From positions 3,698 through 67,697 of IMG/VR virus record IMGVR_UViG_3300046171_000267: 64,000 nucleotides of DNA. One strand, given 5' to 3'. The notes below the pieces were generated by a model, which saw only the letters and a list, made by a program, of their open reading frames with translations, did not search any database and had not been told where the DNA came from. The stretch is from a virus. Of the stretch, positions 9,446 through 20,514 are shown piece after piece. Position 1 is the stretch's first letter. Every line of letters starts with the position of its first letter. Position numbers and translations under genes: made by a program.

Positions 9446-12400
9446 ATGGAATACTCTAGTCGTTCTTTAAATAAGTTTAAGGAAAACCTGAGGCAACTGG
9501 GTGATCCTGATGTTGATACAACTGACACCTATTTAGTAAGAAGGCTTACTAGGGAGATCGAAGAGAGGGGATACACCATTGATGAAATTGGTGATCCTGA
9601 GTTTGCCTCTCATGCACGAGAAGTAGCTAACCTTAAGCCAAGAGCTTACAAGGGTGCGATTGATGAGTTTGGGCGTGGCATTTCAAGTGGGCTTGAAGGA
9701 ATGAAAGGCACTGCCAAGGCTGGTATCGGACTGGCTGCAGGTGCATTAGGATTTGATGAAGTAGAAGATGATTTGATGTCCTCAGCTCGTCTCAACTTTG
9801 AGAAAGCAATCAAGGAAGGCCCAAGAAGCGAGCGTGATATCACTAAGGTGAACCCTTTTGCAGAAGGAGGAAGTTGGTCATCACTTGGTCGATGGGCTGC
9901 AGGAATGGCTGGCGAAGTCGCTCCGCAAGCACTCGAACTAGTTGGCTCTATGGTTATCGGTGCAGGTGTTGGAGGTGTTGCGGCACAGGCAGCAAAGCAG
10001 GGAATTAAGAAAAAGATAAAAGACGAGATTAAGGAGGGTGTTGATCTAGACGAGAGACTTCGTAAGGAGATGCGTAAGAAGTTTAGCAGTGGAGCAAAGT
10101 GGGGTGCTGGAGTTTCTACTGCAGGCTCTTCTATTACTCAGAATTCAGGTGAAGTCTATGCTGACCTCTATAATAGTTCCAACGGATTCACCGAGCCTGA
10201 GTACATAATGGAGGACGGTGAGCGGGTAAAGAATCCTAATTATGTAGATGCTAAAGATGCCCGAATGATGTCAATACTCGCAGGCGGTGTATCTGGTGCT
10301 CTGGAGTCTGCTATACCGCTAACCCTAATTGGAAGACTTTCTCAAAAAATAGGAATGGGTGAAGCGAGGACTCAGGTGGGTAAGATGATAAATTCTATGC
10401 CTGCGGGAGTCGTATTTGCAGGAACTGCAGGCGTAGAGGGTGCAACAGAAGCAGGGCAGGAACTTGTTAATTGGGCAGCAGCAAAGATTGCCCGTGGTGA
10501 AGACCTTGATCTTACTCAGCAGGACATCAATCAGCTTATCAATGCAGGAGCGATGGGTGTTATGGGAGGTACTGTCCTTGGCGGAGGTGTCGAGCTTACC
10601 CGTAAAGCTTTGAGTTCCGAAGATAGTGCTCCTGATATAGACATTTCTGATATCCCAGAGCAGGAAGATGAAGGTGTTATTGAGCCAACATATGAAAGCG
10701 ATTTAAGCACGGGAGACTATGTTATTCGACCAGCTACAGGAGAAGTGGGTCGAGTCATGGAAAACCTTGGTGGTGGAAAACTGAAGGTGGTAAATGCTGA
10801 TGGTGAGGTAATTTTGACTGAGGGCGGTAGCGAGGAACAGGATGCAACTCGTTGGAACCTTGACCCTGATCTTAAGCTTGATCTGGAAAAGGATGATCTT
10901 GCTAAGCTGCCTACAGTCTCATTGAAGAGAATTGAGCAGTTTGCTACAGGTGATTACGCCAAGCGAGTTGAGGAGGTATTAAAAGAGCGTGGGGAGGAGA
11001 TTGCCAGAACTGAGCTTGTTGAAGAGGAAGTAAAAACTTTTTTAACTCTTCCATCTATACCTAAAGGTTTTGTCCGAATTATACATCAGACAAGCGAAAG
11101 TCTAATTGAGAAAATCAAATCAGAGGGATTGCAGTGGAAGTTTAACTTGGGAAATACAGCCCATGTAATATCTTCAATGGATCAGCTTGACAGTTATGTG
11201 GATGACCAAGGTAATCTAAAAGATTTTACAGGCGGTGGAAGCACGATGAATGTAGCCGTGATGGATATTCCGCAAGACGTTTATGACAGAGCAGCTCGAC
11301 CAAAAAGATACGCAAACCCTGACGGTACTTTTGAGGTTGAGGGAACTATTGATCCTAAGTATTTCGTCGCCAAGGTAAGCGGAAAAAATGTTCTTGCTAG
11401 TGAAACGAAAGAACCAGTAAAAATAAAAGAAAATCTAGTAGTTCGTAAAGAAGGCAAGGAGGAAGTACTGGAAGGTAAGTATGAGATAAAAGAGGATGAT
11501 GATGATATTAGTTATGAATTTACCCCTCAGCCCGATCTTACAGATTCTCGAAAGCTTGCGATTAAGGAAGCTATCGAAGAAAAACTAAAAGCAGTAGCGG
11601 AAAAAAAGAAAAAGTCATTCAAGGGTATTCACACTTGGATAGACAGCCTTACTGATAAACAGATGGTAAAGGAGCATGAGGCTCGCAAAGGCTCTGCTAA
11701 AATAGAATTAGCCAAGAGGCTCAAGAGTAAGGGCTACATTGTTAATGATGAGCTCATACCATCTAGAAAAGATTTTGCTGATGTAGAAACCAACAGGGAA
11801 AAGTATTATCAACTTCTCGATGAAATCGAAAATGAGGATATACCCACAAGCGGAAAAGCGTACAACAATCTTAAGAAGAACGACAAGCTGCGAGGCTTCC
11901 TTAATAAACATCATAGCAAGCATTTTGATTCAGACGGAAATCTGTTACCTAATAAAATAGATAGAGAGCTTAGCAGGGATGAATTAAAGGAAGAGCAGGA
12001 GAAAAGAAGGTTAGCAAATGAACAGTGGCTCAAGACAAACAAAGCAGAAGGAGTGTTTAAGTATGAGCGTGGGAATTGGTTAGTCACCAAAGTTTTCAGC
12101 GAGGGTACAGTTGCGATACAAAAGATCAAGGATGGGAAGCCTGTCGCAAGTGAAACAAAAGTGATTGGAGTTAGGAACTTAGGTGAACGAAATCCCGATT
12201 ATAAGGTTAATAAAATTGGGGAAGTATTTATTGATTCAACTTCTAATATTAGGAGATACATTTTCGGGAACAGAGCAGGTAAGTACGATACCCTAGATAA
12301 TGAGGGTGTTGTAATAGCTCAGACAACTAGAGATGAAAAACCAACACCAAGTCAAGTCAAGCGAGACCGAGAGGAACTTGATATTGATCTGGAAGCAGAG

Positions 12401-15400
12401 CAACAAGCTGAAGAAGAAAAAAGGCTTAAGGCAATCAGGAAAATTGTAGGTAAGGATGTCAAGATTGGCCCGATTGTTAATAATAGGTTTAATGTAGATA
12501 CAAAAATCGGAGGTCTTACAATCAGGAGAAGTTACAAGTGGGAGCCTGTCTCCGAGACGCTTCAGGGTAGCCGTCCACAGCCTGTAATTGCAGCGGGGTG
12601 GACTGGCCCAATTCCATATTTTCAAACTTCAGAAGAAGTACAAAAAGACTTTCCTTCATTAAATCCCGAAGGATTTTATATTCGTGGATTTAGAGATACA
12701 GACGGCTCTATAAGATTATTTGAAGACAGGCAGACGAAACCAATTTACACCGAGAGCAAGAAGAGCAAGACCTACACAAACAAAATTCCTTTGATTAATC
12801 CCGAAGGGGGATTTTCTTGGAAAACAGTCTACAACCAGTGGACAGGTGAGAAGAAAAGCGTAGCGAGTCCATCCAGTTCCAGTGAGCCAATACTAGATAA
12901 TTACTCCGAAGACTTTGGGGATGCTATAATTAAATATCAGCCAGCCAAGGGAGAAACAATAAAGGATGCCATTGGTGATAAATTTGATACCCAAACGAAG
13001 GATAATCGTGGGGGTAGAACACTTGGTGTTGTATTTCAGGATAAAGAATCAGGAGAAGTATTTGTAAGGACTGCCCAAGCAGTTAAGGACGGGATTAAAG
13101 TTGATGGGCTGATTTCACAAAAAGCATATAATCCTAGAGCCCAGAAGAGCAGGGCAAGAATTGTGGATTCTGAGTTTGATGAGAAGTACTCAGTTATCGG
13201 GTATTTTGAAAAAGCCTCCAGAAAAAGTAAGGCTGACACTTGGATAACAGGGGCAAAGAAAAGATTCAATTTTGAAGATCAAGCCTCTTTCAAGGCTGCA
13301 AAAAATAAGATTAGCAAATTGCCTGAGGATCACCCTTTTACTCGTTATAAAGATGGAGACACAGATGAAGAAATAGTTGATGAGAACGGTGACTACAATC
13401 CGCTATTATCCGCCTATAATTCTGATTTTCATAATGATGTTCGTGTGGCAGACATTTTAGCTGCATTTGGTTTAACTGATGAAGCTAGAGATGCAGGTAC
13501 GGGAGGAGCTCGATTTGCAGCACTTGTAAAATACCTTGAAGAAACGAAAAATATCCCTGTTAGAGATAACAGGAAAGTAAGTCTTACTCGTGAAGAACAA
13601 CAAGCGGTTATTTCTTATGAGAACGACCTTGTGCAAGAGTCAGAGTCCGATAAGTCAGAGTCCGATTCTGAAGATTCTGAAGACTCTCAGGATTCTGTAG
13701 GCGAAGGACTTGGTGACATCCTGCGTGATTCAGGCTTAAATCCTGATGAACTTGATTTAGATATTTTGAACCAAGTTAGAATTGATAAGAAGTTTGAGGA
13801 AGATGAAGGCATTCCCAAAGTATTCTTAAGTGTACTTGTAAGAACACAAACAAAGATTGAAGGACTTGTTGGGGCGATACAGCGACTTGAACCTACAGAT
13901 TTACTTAAAGACTTTATAAATTATACGCAAAAGGTCAGGCCCGAAAATTTGGATTGGAATGTAGATAATTTCATTCAAAATTTAGCTTCAGAGTTCACTA
14001 CTGATAATCCCAACTTAAGTAATTTAACCAAACTTCTTGAATTTAATTTACAATATGAACAACTAAGTCAGGCAGAAAGAACTGCTGATCTAGATTCAAG
14101 TATCGAGGGTGAGATGGGTTATACCAACGAGGAAGTGATAGGAAGTAATGATCTTAGCGACTCTCGTGTGGATGAAGATAGTAAGCGAATGCCTCCTAAG
14201 CCAAAGCCTCTTATTGAGCGATTCCCACAGGAGCAAAGAGAGGGCGTTCTACAGAGAAATGCACAGACCATTGTAGGGTTCCTGCAGGGCAGTGAGCAGA
14301 ATACAGACATCAGGGCAACGCATATGCTGGAGCGGGCCCTTGGTTTAGCAACAGGAAAGGTCAAGGATGCGTTGCGACGACTACAGGGACACCCCTTATT
14401 AGATGACATACAAGTAGTCTTTCACGATCAGCAAAGCTACATGGGCATAATGCCAGACGGTAGCCGTAAAGACACTCATGTATTCGGCTTCTTCTCAGGC
14501 GACAGAATACACATGGGGGATATTTTCACCAGTCCACGAGATTCAGATGCCGATCCTTTAGAGAAGTTACTATTTGTATTAACGGAAGAGCTTAGTCACG
14601 CAGTTCTCTACAGAAGTATAGAAGCAGCAAGGGCAGCAAGAGACGGTAAGCAGGTTCCTAAAGGCAAGCTATCTAGAGATGAGCTAAAGAAAGTTGGAGA
14701 GAACAGCAAGAGGATATACGACCATCTCGTTAAGCAGGCAGGAGGAAACTTTGTTGCAGGATTGCAGAACGAGCAAGAAATGTGGGCTCATGTATTATTT
14801 GATCGTGACTTCAGGAACTGGGTAAGAAAGCAGGAAAGCCCATCATTTTTAAGAAACATCATAAGATGGTTTAGGGACACAATTAATCGCGTCTTCACAG
14901 GTATATCCGAGCCACGCCTATTAGATGTAATGGATGAGCAGCTTCAACTGTTCATGAAGGATTCCTTTAGGCAGAGAGAAGAAGAGCAGACTGTCTTAAC
15001 CTCAGAAGACTTTTTCGGGGAAGACCCTTTTGATGACCCATATGATGAGCAAAATCAGTTGCCAAATTTTGAAGAGAAAGCCTCAATAGTTTCATCGACC
15101 TATGAGACCGTACTGGCAGGGATCAATAGGTTTGAGTCAGCATTCGCAAAAGCAATATCTAAGATTTCTCCTGAGATGCAGGATAAGGATCATGTGAAGA
15201 ATGCAATAAAGGAGCACACAAAGATTCCAAAGAATATAAAAATCAAGGGACAGAAAGATGTGGCTGTGATGCCAAGAGACCTTAAGCAAGTCGTATCAGA
15301 GAAGATGTCTTTTGTAGAGACAAGAAAAGTCGTAGGGGATCAGCCTGTGCAGACGAATATTGACAGGCGTATTGGGGATTTTGGACAGCCTGCACTTAGA

Positions 15401-18400
15401 GACCAAGCTCGTGTGTATGCTCACAATATCTTATCAGGCTATTTACAGAAAGCTCACGACGCTAAGGATGATTTAACCAAGACTATCGAAGAGAATCAAA
15501 AGATAATCGAGGACAACAAGGAGAAGCTTTCAAAGCTCACGAGCAAGACAACCATCTTTAATCAGGTTCAGGTAAAGTCAGAGCTTGCGAGAAGAGCGGG
15601 AACAATGCTGAAGGGCAGGAACATGAACGCTACATACCAGCGTCTTCTTGCAATTAATCCAGAAGCTGACCTGCCCACTGCAGACTATAAGATAGATGAA
15701 GACAAATTGTTTGATACTTTAGTGGGGCTTACCGAACTAAATTACGATGTCGAGACGAAGGACTTTAGCTACTTAGTTAATAACTTAGACATCACAGCTA
15801 GTGACATTGGATTCAACGGAAGTGATGAGTTCGCCAAGGCAATAGTAGCTAGGTTAGTTGGTTCAGATGGATACAAAGATTCCAAGGTTGCCTTCTCGTT
15901 GAGGGTAAGGGCAAGCCGTGACGCCCTCCTGACAGCACAGGAAGATGAATGGAAGAAGGTAAAGCAAGCAGCAGTCGGTGATTACACATCTGTAGATGCT
16001 GATGGGGTATTTGCTGAGGAGATAAAGACTATTAAGGAAATCCGCAAGGAGAGCGATAAGGCGACGCAAACAATTGATAAAGCTAAGGACAATACCAAGA
16101 TTGCTGATGTGCAGATCGAGACCTATGAGGAGGAGTTGTCTTCCTTGAATGAACAGCTTGGTATGCATAAGCCCGTTGAGCTGTATGAGGGTGTAGCGAT
16201 CAAAACACTAGCACTTTCTCAGGATGGGGAAATCATTGAGGAGGAGGATGTATTTCAGGTTGTTTCACCAGAATCTGCGGAAGGGAAAAAGCTTCTTCGT
16301 AAAGCAGGTGAAACCCTGAAGATCATCAGGTCAGATAAATTTAAAGATAAATACGGAAGCACCCCTTCAGCCCTGCGCTACTACAAGGAGATGGCACAGA
16401 AATTATCTGAGGCTTTCACGCCTGATATAATGAATCATGCCCACCTTGGGTTTAAGCTTTCTGCATTGCAATCATTCCAAAGAGTATTCGCAAAGGCAGG
16501 AAGATTCGGTGTGGAGATGTCAAAGGTACTGAACGGCTTCACGCGCGACAACAAGGAATATCAGAAGAGATTTTACGCACAGGGATTAAGAACTGCGAGA
16601 GCACACAGGAGGCTAGGCAAAGAGCTGGGCGGTATGGAGATGAGCAAGTATCTCACAACCTTTTACAAAAAAACAATTGGTTGGTTTGAGTCTCGTCCAG
16701 AAATTCAAAACTACGAAGATGGTGCAAGGAAACTATGGAACCAGTTGAAGGATGAGAAGTTTATGGGATTGAACTACTCATCGCCTAACGGATACAAGGC
16801 ATTCCTTAAAATGCTTATTGAGGTGGATATGTCTCGTAAGATGGTTAGAGGAGTTGCCAACCAATGGGGGTTATCAATTGAAGACGAGGGCTTAGTTACC
16901 AAAGATATGGTAACGGGTAATCTTAATTCCATATACAGAAGAGAGATCGAGAAGGGTGCATTGACTGTAGCAAGAAGTGCTGACATGGATGTGGTCGAGC
17001 AGGCAATGGACTTTGGTGAAAAGGGAGCACAGATTGGTGTATTCAGAACTATGCTGGAGAGCCTTGAGGACAAAGGTGAAGAAGCAGATGCGGAGACCTC
17101 TGCCATTGCCGTCTTATCTAAGAGTGGCATCAGTGCAAATGTTGAGAACTTCTTCCTGAACCCTGTCCTGACCTCTTTGGATGCAAGGACTACTGGACTA
17201 TTCGTCCCTCAGGGGGAAGATAAAAAAGTTTTAGTTCCACCTGAAGTCGTAAAGGATGCTTGGGAATCATCAGAGGGAGCCAACGCAGGTGCTCGCCTAG
17301 CTAATATGATTAGGATTATCAATCCCTCAGGAGACTTTGAAGCGACTGCTAAGGTTGTCCTTAAGCACTTGGCGGCCAAGGCATCAGCAGTGGAGAAATT
17401 ATATGATGCAACTGCTCAAGCAAACTCAGATAAGAATCTGCTCAAGATACAGTATGGTAAAAGTGTAGACAACTCCCTGCATAATCGTGAGCTCTCTATG
17501 GTACTGCCATCAGACTTCTTCCAGTACAACTCATACAGTGAGATCGAAATGCCTATGGAGCTAAACAAGATGGCTCATGCAAAGCATCTTGGCAGGAACG
17601 GGGAAGTTCTTGAAGCTGCAAAGGAACTGCTTCAAAAGGACTATGCGGATGTAAGGGCAAAGTACGACAACCTAATGCGTTCATTAGGCATGAAAACGGT
17701 AGGGAATGATGGATTCACTGATGGTACAATACTTAAAATTCTTAAGGGAGTAAGCCGATCTAAGATTAAGAAGGTCATGTCTATGGATGACTTTAAAGAC
17801 TTGGAGGTGAAGGTTAATTCTTATGTCGAAGCCATAAGAGCATGGAAGAAGTTTAACGAATTTATGTCAGGGCAGGAAAGTTGGATGCGAGACACAACTA
17901 CAGGGATGGATTTCCTGAAGTTTGTAGCATTTGGTAATGTAAACAATATCCGATCAGCACTGATGAACTTGGGTTCCATACCTGATATCAACAGGAAGCT
18001 CGGTCTGTCTGGAGATGTTGTATTCCGTACAACACTAGGCTCAGCCTTCGGAACTGTACAGGAGATACTTGGTGGATACCTTGAGCGATGGGGAGCAGAC
18101 TTCAGGCTTGGTAACTTCCAGCCATTTGCAATGAATGATTACCAAAGAGTAATCTCTGAAATTTTTAATGATCCCCTTGCTGATGATGCAGAGGGAGTCA
18201 CAGGAATGATGGGCTACAAGGGGGAACTGAATAAGTCGCAACGAGCCATGCGTAGTATCAGGGCTTGGATTGAGAAAAACAAAGGGGGTAGGGGAAAGAA
18301 GGCTAACCGTAAGTTTACTGCTCTTTCGACTCGTAGCTTCCTGCCTTTCTTGGGTTCACCCTTCGGTACATTATCTCAGGCTATAACTAGATCGCTCGCA

Positions 18401-19843
18401 AATAATTACGCAAAGCATCTTCATCGACGGGTACAAAATGCAGCCAAAGTATTGGATGTAATGAACATCGATCCGTTTGATACAAACATTGAGCTTACCG
18501 CTGAGCAGATGGGCTTTGCCGATACTACTCTAGATCAGTGGATTTTTGGAAAGAAACAGGGCGTAGAGTGGCTTAACACAAGGCTACTCAGTGAAGGACA
18601 ATCCCTCACAAAGCTTGCTCAAGATTACAGAAGGAGAAAGCTGGATAACGAAAAGGCTAACATACTTACTGATGAAGGTGTTAAGATGGCGGTTAACCTT
18701 GTTATGTCTGATGTGGTCTATGAGGGACTTTCAGGTAAGCCAAGGCAGACTTCTTCTGGGGTGGCAATGGCAGCGTCGCCTCTGTTAAACTGGTCACTCT
18801 CTGCCTTGTCGCACGGACAGGAAGCGATGACAGATCAGCGTGGGCAGATTGCGATGAAGCAGGCTTTTCGGTATCTACTAGTTTACGGGGGAGGCTTTGC
18901 ACTTCCAATGGGAATCCTTATTACGCTGATGACAGATTGGTTTGATGAAGAGATTCTCGGCACACCTTCTTCATTGAGGAAGGTTCCACCAATCGCAGCC
19001 ACTCCAGTAATAGGTACATTTGCTGCAATGGCTGACCCTAGGTTTGACTGGAATAACTACATTGAAAGAACCACTAGGGTCTCTGGTATGTTCGGGCTTG
19101 GTCAAGAGATACTTGGTGCGACACTTGGAACTGATGACACAAGATACAGGAGGGATATCACCAACCGTATCATGTTGGTTAATATGCTTGATAATGTCCG
19201 TAAGACTTCATCCACATTAGTTAAAACGGGTGAGCTGGATTATCAGAACATTATTCGCCCTGTGATGTATACAATGGGAATGGGTGGTGCTTTGCAGTTA
19301 AGCCAGTTGGCAACAAGTGCTGTCCCCGCTCTTGCAGACCCTGTGTATGTTGGTGACGATCCAGTGAATATAAATCCTTTTGCTGAAGAACAGCAGGTCA
19401 AGAAGATGATTGGTCTTAAGAACCTCCTTGTATCCCATGCTCAAGCAATTGATGTGGAACTAAAGCCCGTTGTGGGCGAATATTCACCAACGAATATAAG
19501 CCTTCAAATTAAAAAGATGCAGAGATCTGCCTACTCGAATGACACTGAAGGTTTCCTGAGTGCCTACAGGGCTGCTTTACTGGCATCCACCAAGCCTGAC
19601 CCTCATGCCGATGTCGTTGCTAAGTTTAAACAGAAGACCCTGCACACTGCTGTGACTAAGCTGTCTATGTCAGATCAGGATATGGAAGCAGTTCTTTCAA
19701 TAATGGATGAGGATGATCGTAAAGCGATACGGGACGCTCAGCAGGCACATGAGTATTACCTTAACTTAATTGGTGGTACGCCAGCGAAGTCCCGTAAAAC
19801 TACAACCCAATTTTCTGAAAGCCTTAGGCTTATGTCGTTGTGA
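9446..19843 (+). CDS. Giant (3465 aa) injected/internal virion polyvalent-like protein with ART-like and zincin-like motifs
   Basis: N-terminal Gly/Ala-rich GVEGATEAGQE region typical of podoviral ejection proteins; IIHQTS..IEKIKSEGL motif; LTEELSHAVL...EQEMWAH motif; C-terminal helical domain. Confidence 0.7.
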   Translation: MEYSSRSLNKFKENLRQLGDPDVDTTDTYLVRRLTREIEERGYTIDEIGDPEFASHAREVANLKPRAYKGAIDEFGRGISSGLEGMKGTAKAGIGLAAGALGFDEVEDDLMSSARLNFEKAIKEGPRSERDITKVNPFAEGGSWSSLGRWAAGMAGEVAPQALELVGSMVIGAGVGGVAAQAAKQGIKKKIKDEIKEGVDLDERLRKEMRKKFSSGAKWGAGVSTAGSSITQNSGEVYADLYNSSNGFTEPEYIMEDGERVKNPNYVDAKDARMMSILAGGVSGALESAIPLTLIGRLSQKIGMGEARTQVGKMINSMPAGVVFAGTAGVEGATEAGQELVNWAAAKIARGEDLDLTQQDINQLINAGAMGVMGGTVLGGGVELTRKALSSEDSAPDIDISDIPEQEDEGVIEPTYESDLSTGDYVIRPATGEVGRVMENLGGGKLKVVNADGEVILTEGGSEEQDATRWNLDPDLKLDLEKDDLAKLPTVSLKRIEQFATGDYAKRVEEVLKERGEEIARTELVEEEVKTFLTLPSIPKGFVRIIHQTSESLIEKIKSEGLQWKFNLGNTAHVISSMDQLDSYVDDQGNLKDFTGGGSTMNVAVMDIPQDVYDRAARPKRYANPDGTFEVEGTIDPKYFVAKVSGKNVLASETKEPVKIKENLVVRKEGKEEVLEGKYEIKEDDDDISYEFTPQPDLTDSRKLAIKEAIEEKLKAVAEKKKKSFKGIHTWIDSLTDKQMVKEHEARKGSAKIELAKRLKSKGYIVNDELIPSRKDFADVETNREKYYQLLDEIENEDIPTSGKAYNNLKKNDKLRGFLNKHHSKHFDSDGNLLPNKIDRELSRDELKEEQEKRRLANEQWLKTNKAEGVFKYERGNWLVTKVFSEGTVAIQKIKDGKPVASETKVIGVRNLGERNPDYKVNKIGEVFIDSTSNIRRYIFGNRAGKYDTLDNEGVVIAQTTRDEKPTPSQVKRDREELDIDLEAEQQAEEEKRLKAIRKIVGKDVKIGPIVNNRFNVDTKIGGLTIRRSYKWEPVSETLQGSRPQPVIAAGWTGPIPYFQTSEEVQKDFPSLNPEGFYIRGFRDTDGSIRLFEDRQTKPIYTESKKSKTYTNKIPLINPEGGFSWKTVYNQWTGEKKSVASPSSSSEPILDNYSEDFGDAIIKYQPAKGETIKDAIGDKFDTQTKDNRGGRTLGVVFQDKESGEVFVRTAQAVKDGIKVDGLISQKAYNPRAQKSRARIVDSEFDEKYSVIGYFEKASRKSKADTWITGAKKRFNFEDQASFKAAKNKISKLPEDHPFTRYKDGDTDEEIVDENGDYNPLLSAYNSDFHNDVRVADILAAFGLTDEARDAGTGGARFAALVKYLEETKNIPVRDNRKVSLTREEQQAVISYENDLVQESESDKSESDSEDSEDSQDSVGEGLGDILRDSGLNPDELDLDILNQVRIDKKFEEDEGIPKVFLSVLVRTQTKIEGLVGAIQRLEPTDLLKDFINYTQKVRPENLDWNVDNFIQNLASEFTTDNPNLSNLTKLLEFNLQYEQLSQAERTADLDSSIEGEMGYTNEEVIGSNDLSDSRVDEDSKRMPPKPKPLIERFPQEQREGVLQRNAQTIVGFLQGSEQNTDIRATHMLERALGLATGKVKDALRRLQGHPLLDDIQVVFHDQQSYMGIMPDGSRKDTHVFGFFSGDRIHMGDIFTSPRDSDADPLEKLLFVLTEELSHAVLYRSIEAARAARDGKQVPKGKLSRDELKKVGENSKRIYDHLVKQAGGNFVAGLQNEQEMWAHVLFDRDFRNWVRKQESPSFLRNIIRWFRDTINRVFTGISEPRLLDVMDEQLQLFMKDSFRQREEEQTVLTSEDFFGEDPFDDPYDEQNQLPNFEEKASIVSSTYETVLAGINRFESAFAKAISKISPEMQDKDHVKNAIKEHTKIPKNIKIKGQKDVAVMPRDLKQVVSEKMSFVETRKVVGDQPVQTNIDRRIGDFGQPALRDQARVYAHNILSGYLQKAHDAKDDLTKTIEENQKIIEDNKEKLSKLTSKTTIFNQVQVKSELARRAGTMLKGRNMNATYQRLLAINPEADLPTADYKIDEDKLFDTLVGLTELNYDVETKDFSYLVNNLDITASDIGFNGSDEFAKAIVARLVGSDGYKDSKVAFSLRVRASRDALLTAQEDEWKKVKQAAVGDYTSVDADGVFAEEIKTIKEIRKESDKATQTIDKAKDNTKIADVQIETYEEELSSLNEQLGMHKPVELYEGVAIKTLALSQDGEIIEEEDVFQVVSPESAEGKKLLRKAGETLKIIRSDKFKDKYGSTPSALRYYKEMAQKLSEAFTPDIMNHAHLGFKLSALQSFQRVFAKAGRFGVEMSKVLNGFTRDNKEYQKRFYAQGLRTARAHRRLGKELGGMEMSKYLTTFYKKTIGWFESRPEIQNYEDGARKLWNQLKDEKFMGLNYSSPNGYKAFLKMLIEVDMSRKMVRGVANQWGLSIEDEGLVTKDMVTGNLNSIYRREIEKGALTVARSADMDVVEQAMDFGEKGAQIGVFRTMLESLEDKGEEADAETSAIAVLSKSGISANVENFFLNPVLTSLDARTTGLFVPQGEDKKVLVPPEVVKDAWESSEGANAGARLANMIRIINPSGDFEATAKVVLKHLAAKASAVEKLYDATAQANSDKNLLKIQYGKSVDNSLHNRELSMVLPSDFFQYNSYSEIEMPMELNKMAHAKHLGRNGEVLEAAKELLQKDYADVRAKYDNLMRSLGMKTVGNDGFTDGTILKILKGVSRSKIKKVMSMDDFKDLEVKVNSYVEAIRAWKKFNEFMSGQESWMRDTTTGMDFLKFVAFGNVNNIRSALMNLGSIPDINRKLGLSGDVVFRTTLGSAFGTVQEILGGYLERWGADFRLGNFQPFAMNDYQRVISEIFNDPLADDAEGVTGMMGYKGELNKSQRAMRSIRAWIEKNKGGRGKKANRKFTALSTRSFLPFLGSPFGTLSQAITRSLANNYAKHLHRRVQNAAKVLDVMNIDPFDTNIELTAEQMGFADTTLDQWIFGKKQGVEWLNTRLLSEGQSLTKLAQDYRRRKLDNEKANILTDEGVKMAVNLVMSDVVYEGLSGKPRQTSSGVAMAASPLLNWSLSALSHGQEAMTDQRGQIAMKQAFRYLLVYGGGFALPMGILITLMTDWFDEEILGTPSSLRKVPPIAATPVIGTFAAMADPRFDWNNYIERTTRVSGMFGLGQEILGATLGTDDTRYRRDITNRIMLVNMLDNVRKTSSTLVKTGELDYQNIIRPVMYTMGMGGALQLSQLATSAVPALADPVYVGDDPVNINPFAEEQQVKKMIGLKNLLVSHAQAIDVELKPVVGEYSPTNISLQIKKMQRSAYSNDTEGFLSAYRAALLASTKPDPHADVVAKFKQKTLHTAVTKLSMSDQDMEAVLSIMDEDDRKAIRDAQQAHEYYLNLIGGTPAKSRKTTTQFSESLRLMSL

Positions 19844-20244
19844 ACAACAAACAAGCAGGTACGCTGTATGAGTCCATGTTTAAGACAGAAGCCCTCAAGA
19901 GGGGAATAGCGGTATCAGCTCCAGAAGGAGACTACCTGCCCTATGATGTGATTGTAGATAACGGCAAAAGGCTTCAGAGGATACAGGTCAAAGGAACAGG
20001 TAGTAAGCAATCAAGTGGCTATAAGGTAACGATTGGAAAAGGTAATTCACTTTCTCAAAAGAAAGCCAGAGACAAGGATTCGTTTGATGTGCTTGCCGTT
20101 GTGGTTGTAGCAAATGGTGAGCACTTTTGGTATCTTATACCTGAATCTGCAATAGGAAGTAATATAACTTTAAAGGTATTCCTTAACCCCGATAGCCGAG
20201 GGAAGTATGAGAAGTATAAGCACGGCTGGGATTTAATTTGCTAG
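19840..20244 (+). CDS. PD-(D/E)XK endonuclease (group I intron-associated type)
   Basis: G..YE...PYDVIVD...RIQVKGT...FDVLAV...WYLIP signature. Confidence 0.8.
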   Translation: MNNKQAGTLYESMFKTEALKRGIAVSAPEGDYLPYDVIVDNGKRLQRIQVKGTGSKQSSGYKVTIGKGNSLSQKKARDKDSFDVLAVVVVANGEHFWYLIPESAIGSNITLKVFLNPDSRGKYEKYKHGWDLIC

Positions 20245-20246
20245 TT

Positions 20247-20263
20247 GTAACCTAACAAATTAG
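20247..20263 (+). promoter_or_regulatory. Recurrent phage motif copy (GTAACCTAACAAATTAG)
   Basis: One of about 11 copies of GTAACCTA-N-TAG, intergenic, ending 10 nt before an ATG. Confidence 0.65.
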
Positions 20264-20272
20264 ATTATTAGA

Positions 20273-20509
20273 ATGAGAGCTAAAAGAGTATACAAGAAAG
20301 GAGCGAAGAACTCTGAGTATGATGCATACCACGGTAAGCCTGCCCAACGGAAACGCAGGTCTAGCCGAAATAAAGCTCGCAGAAAAGCAAAGTGTAAGAA
20401 GGGACAGGAAGCTCACCATAAAGATAAGAATCCTAACAATAATAAAAGGAGTAATATCAAGTGCATTACGAAGAAGAAGAACCGCAGGATGCAGCCAAAG
20501 AGGAAGTAA
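20273..20509 (+). CDS. Small basic HNH-like protein
   Basis: HHKDKNPNNNKRSNI....KKNR minimal HNH motif. Confidence 0.7.
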   Translation: MRAKRVYKKGAKNSEYDAYHGKPAQRKRRSSRNKARRKAKCKKGQEAHHKDKNPNNNKRSNIKCITKKKNRRMQPKRK

Positions 20510-20514
20510 AGCCG

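Noticed and set aside
3810-13700. Short tandem repeats (DASS x4, GDNT/TDNT, PDEGE x2, SESD) as functional DNA repeats
   Set aside because: In-frame low-complexity linker expansions typical of large virion proteins
452-19220. Many 60-180 aa antisense or alternate-frame ORFs inside the large + strand genes (similar ones occur throughout)
   Set aside because: Shadow ORFs of long coding regions with no recognisable motifs or independent translation signals
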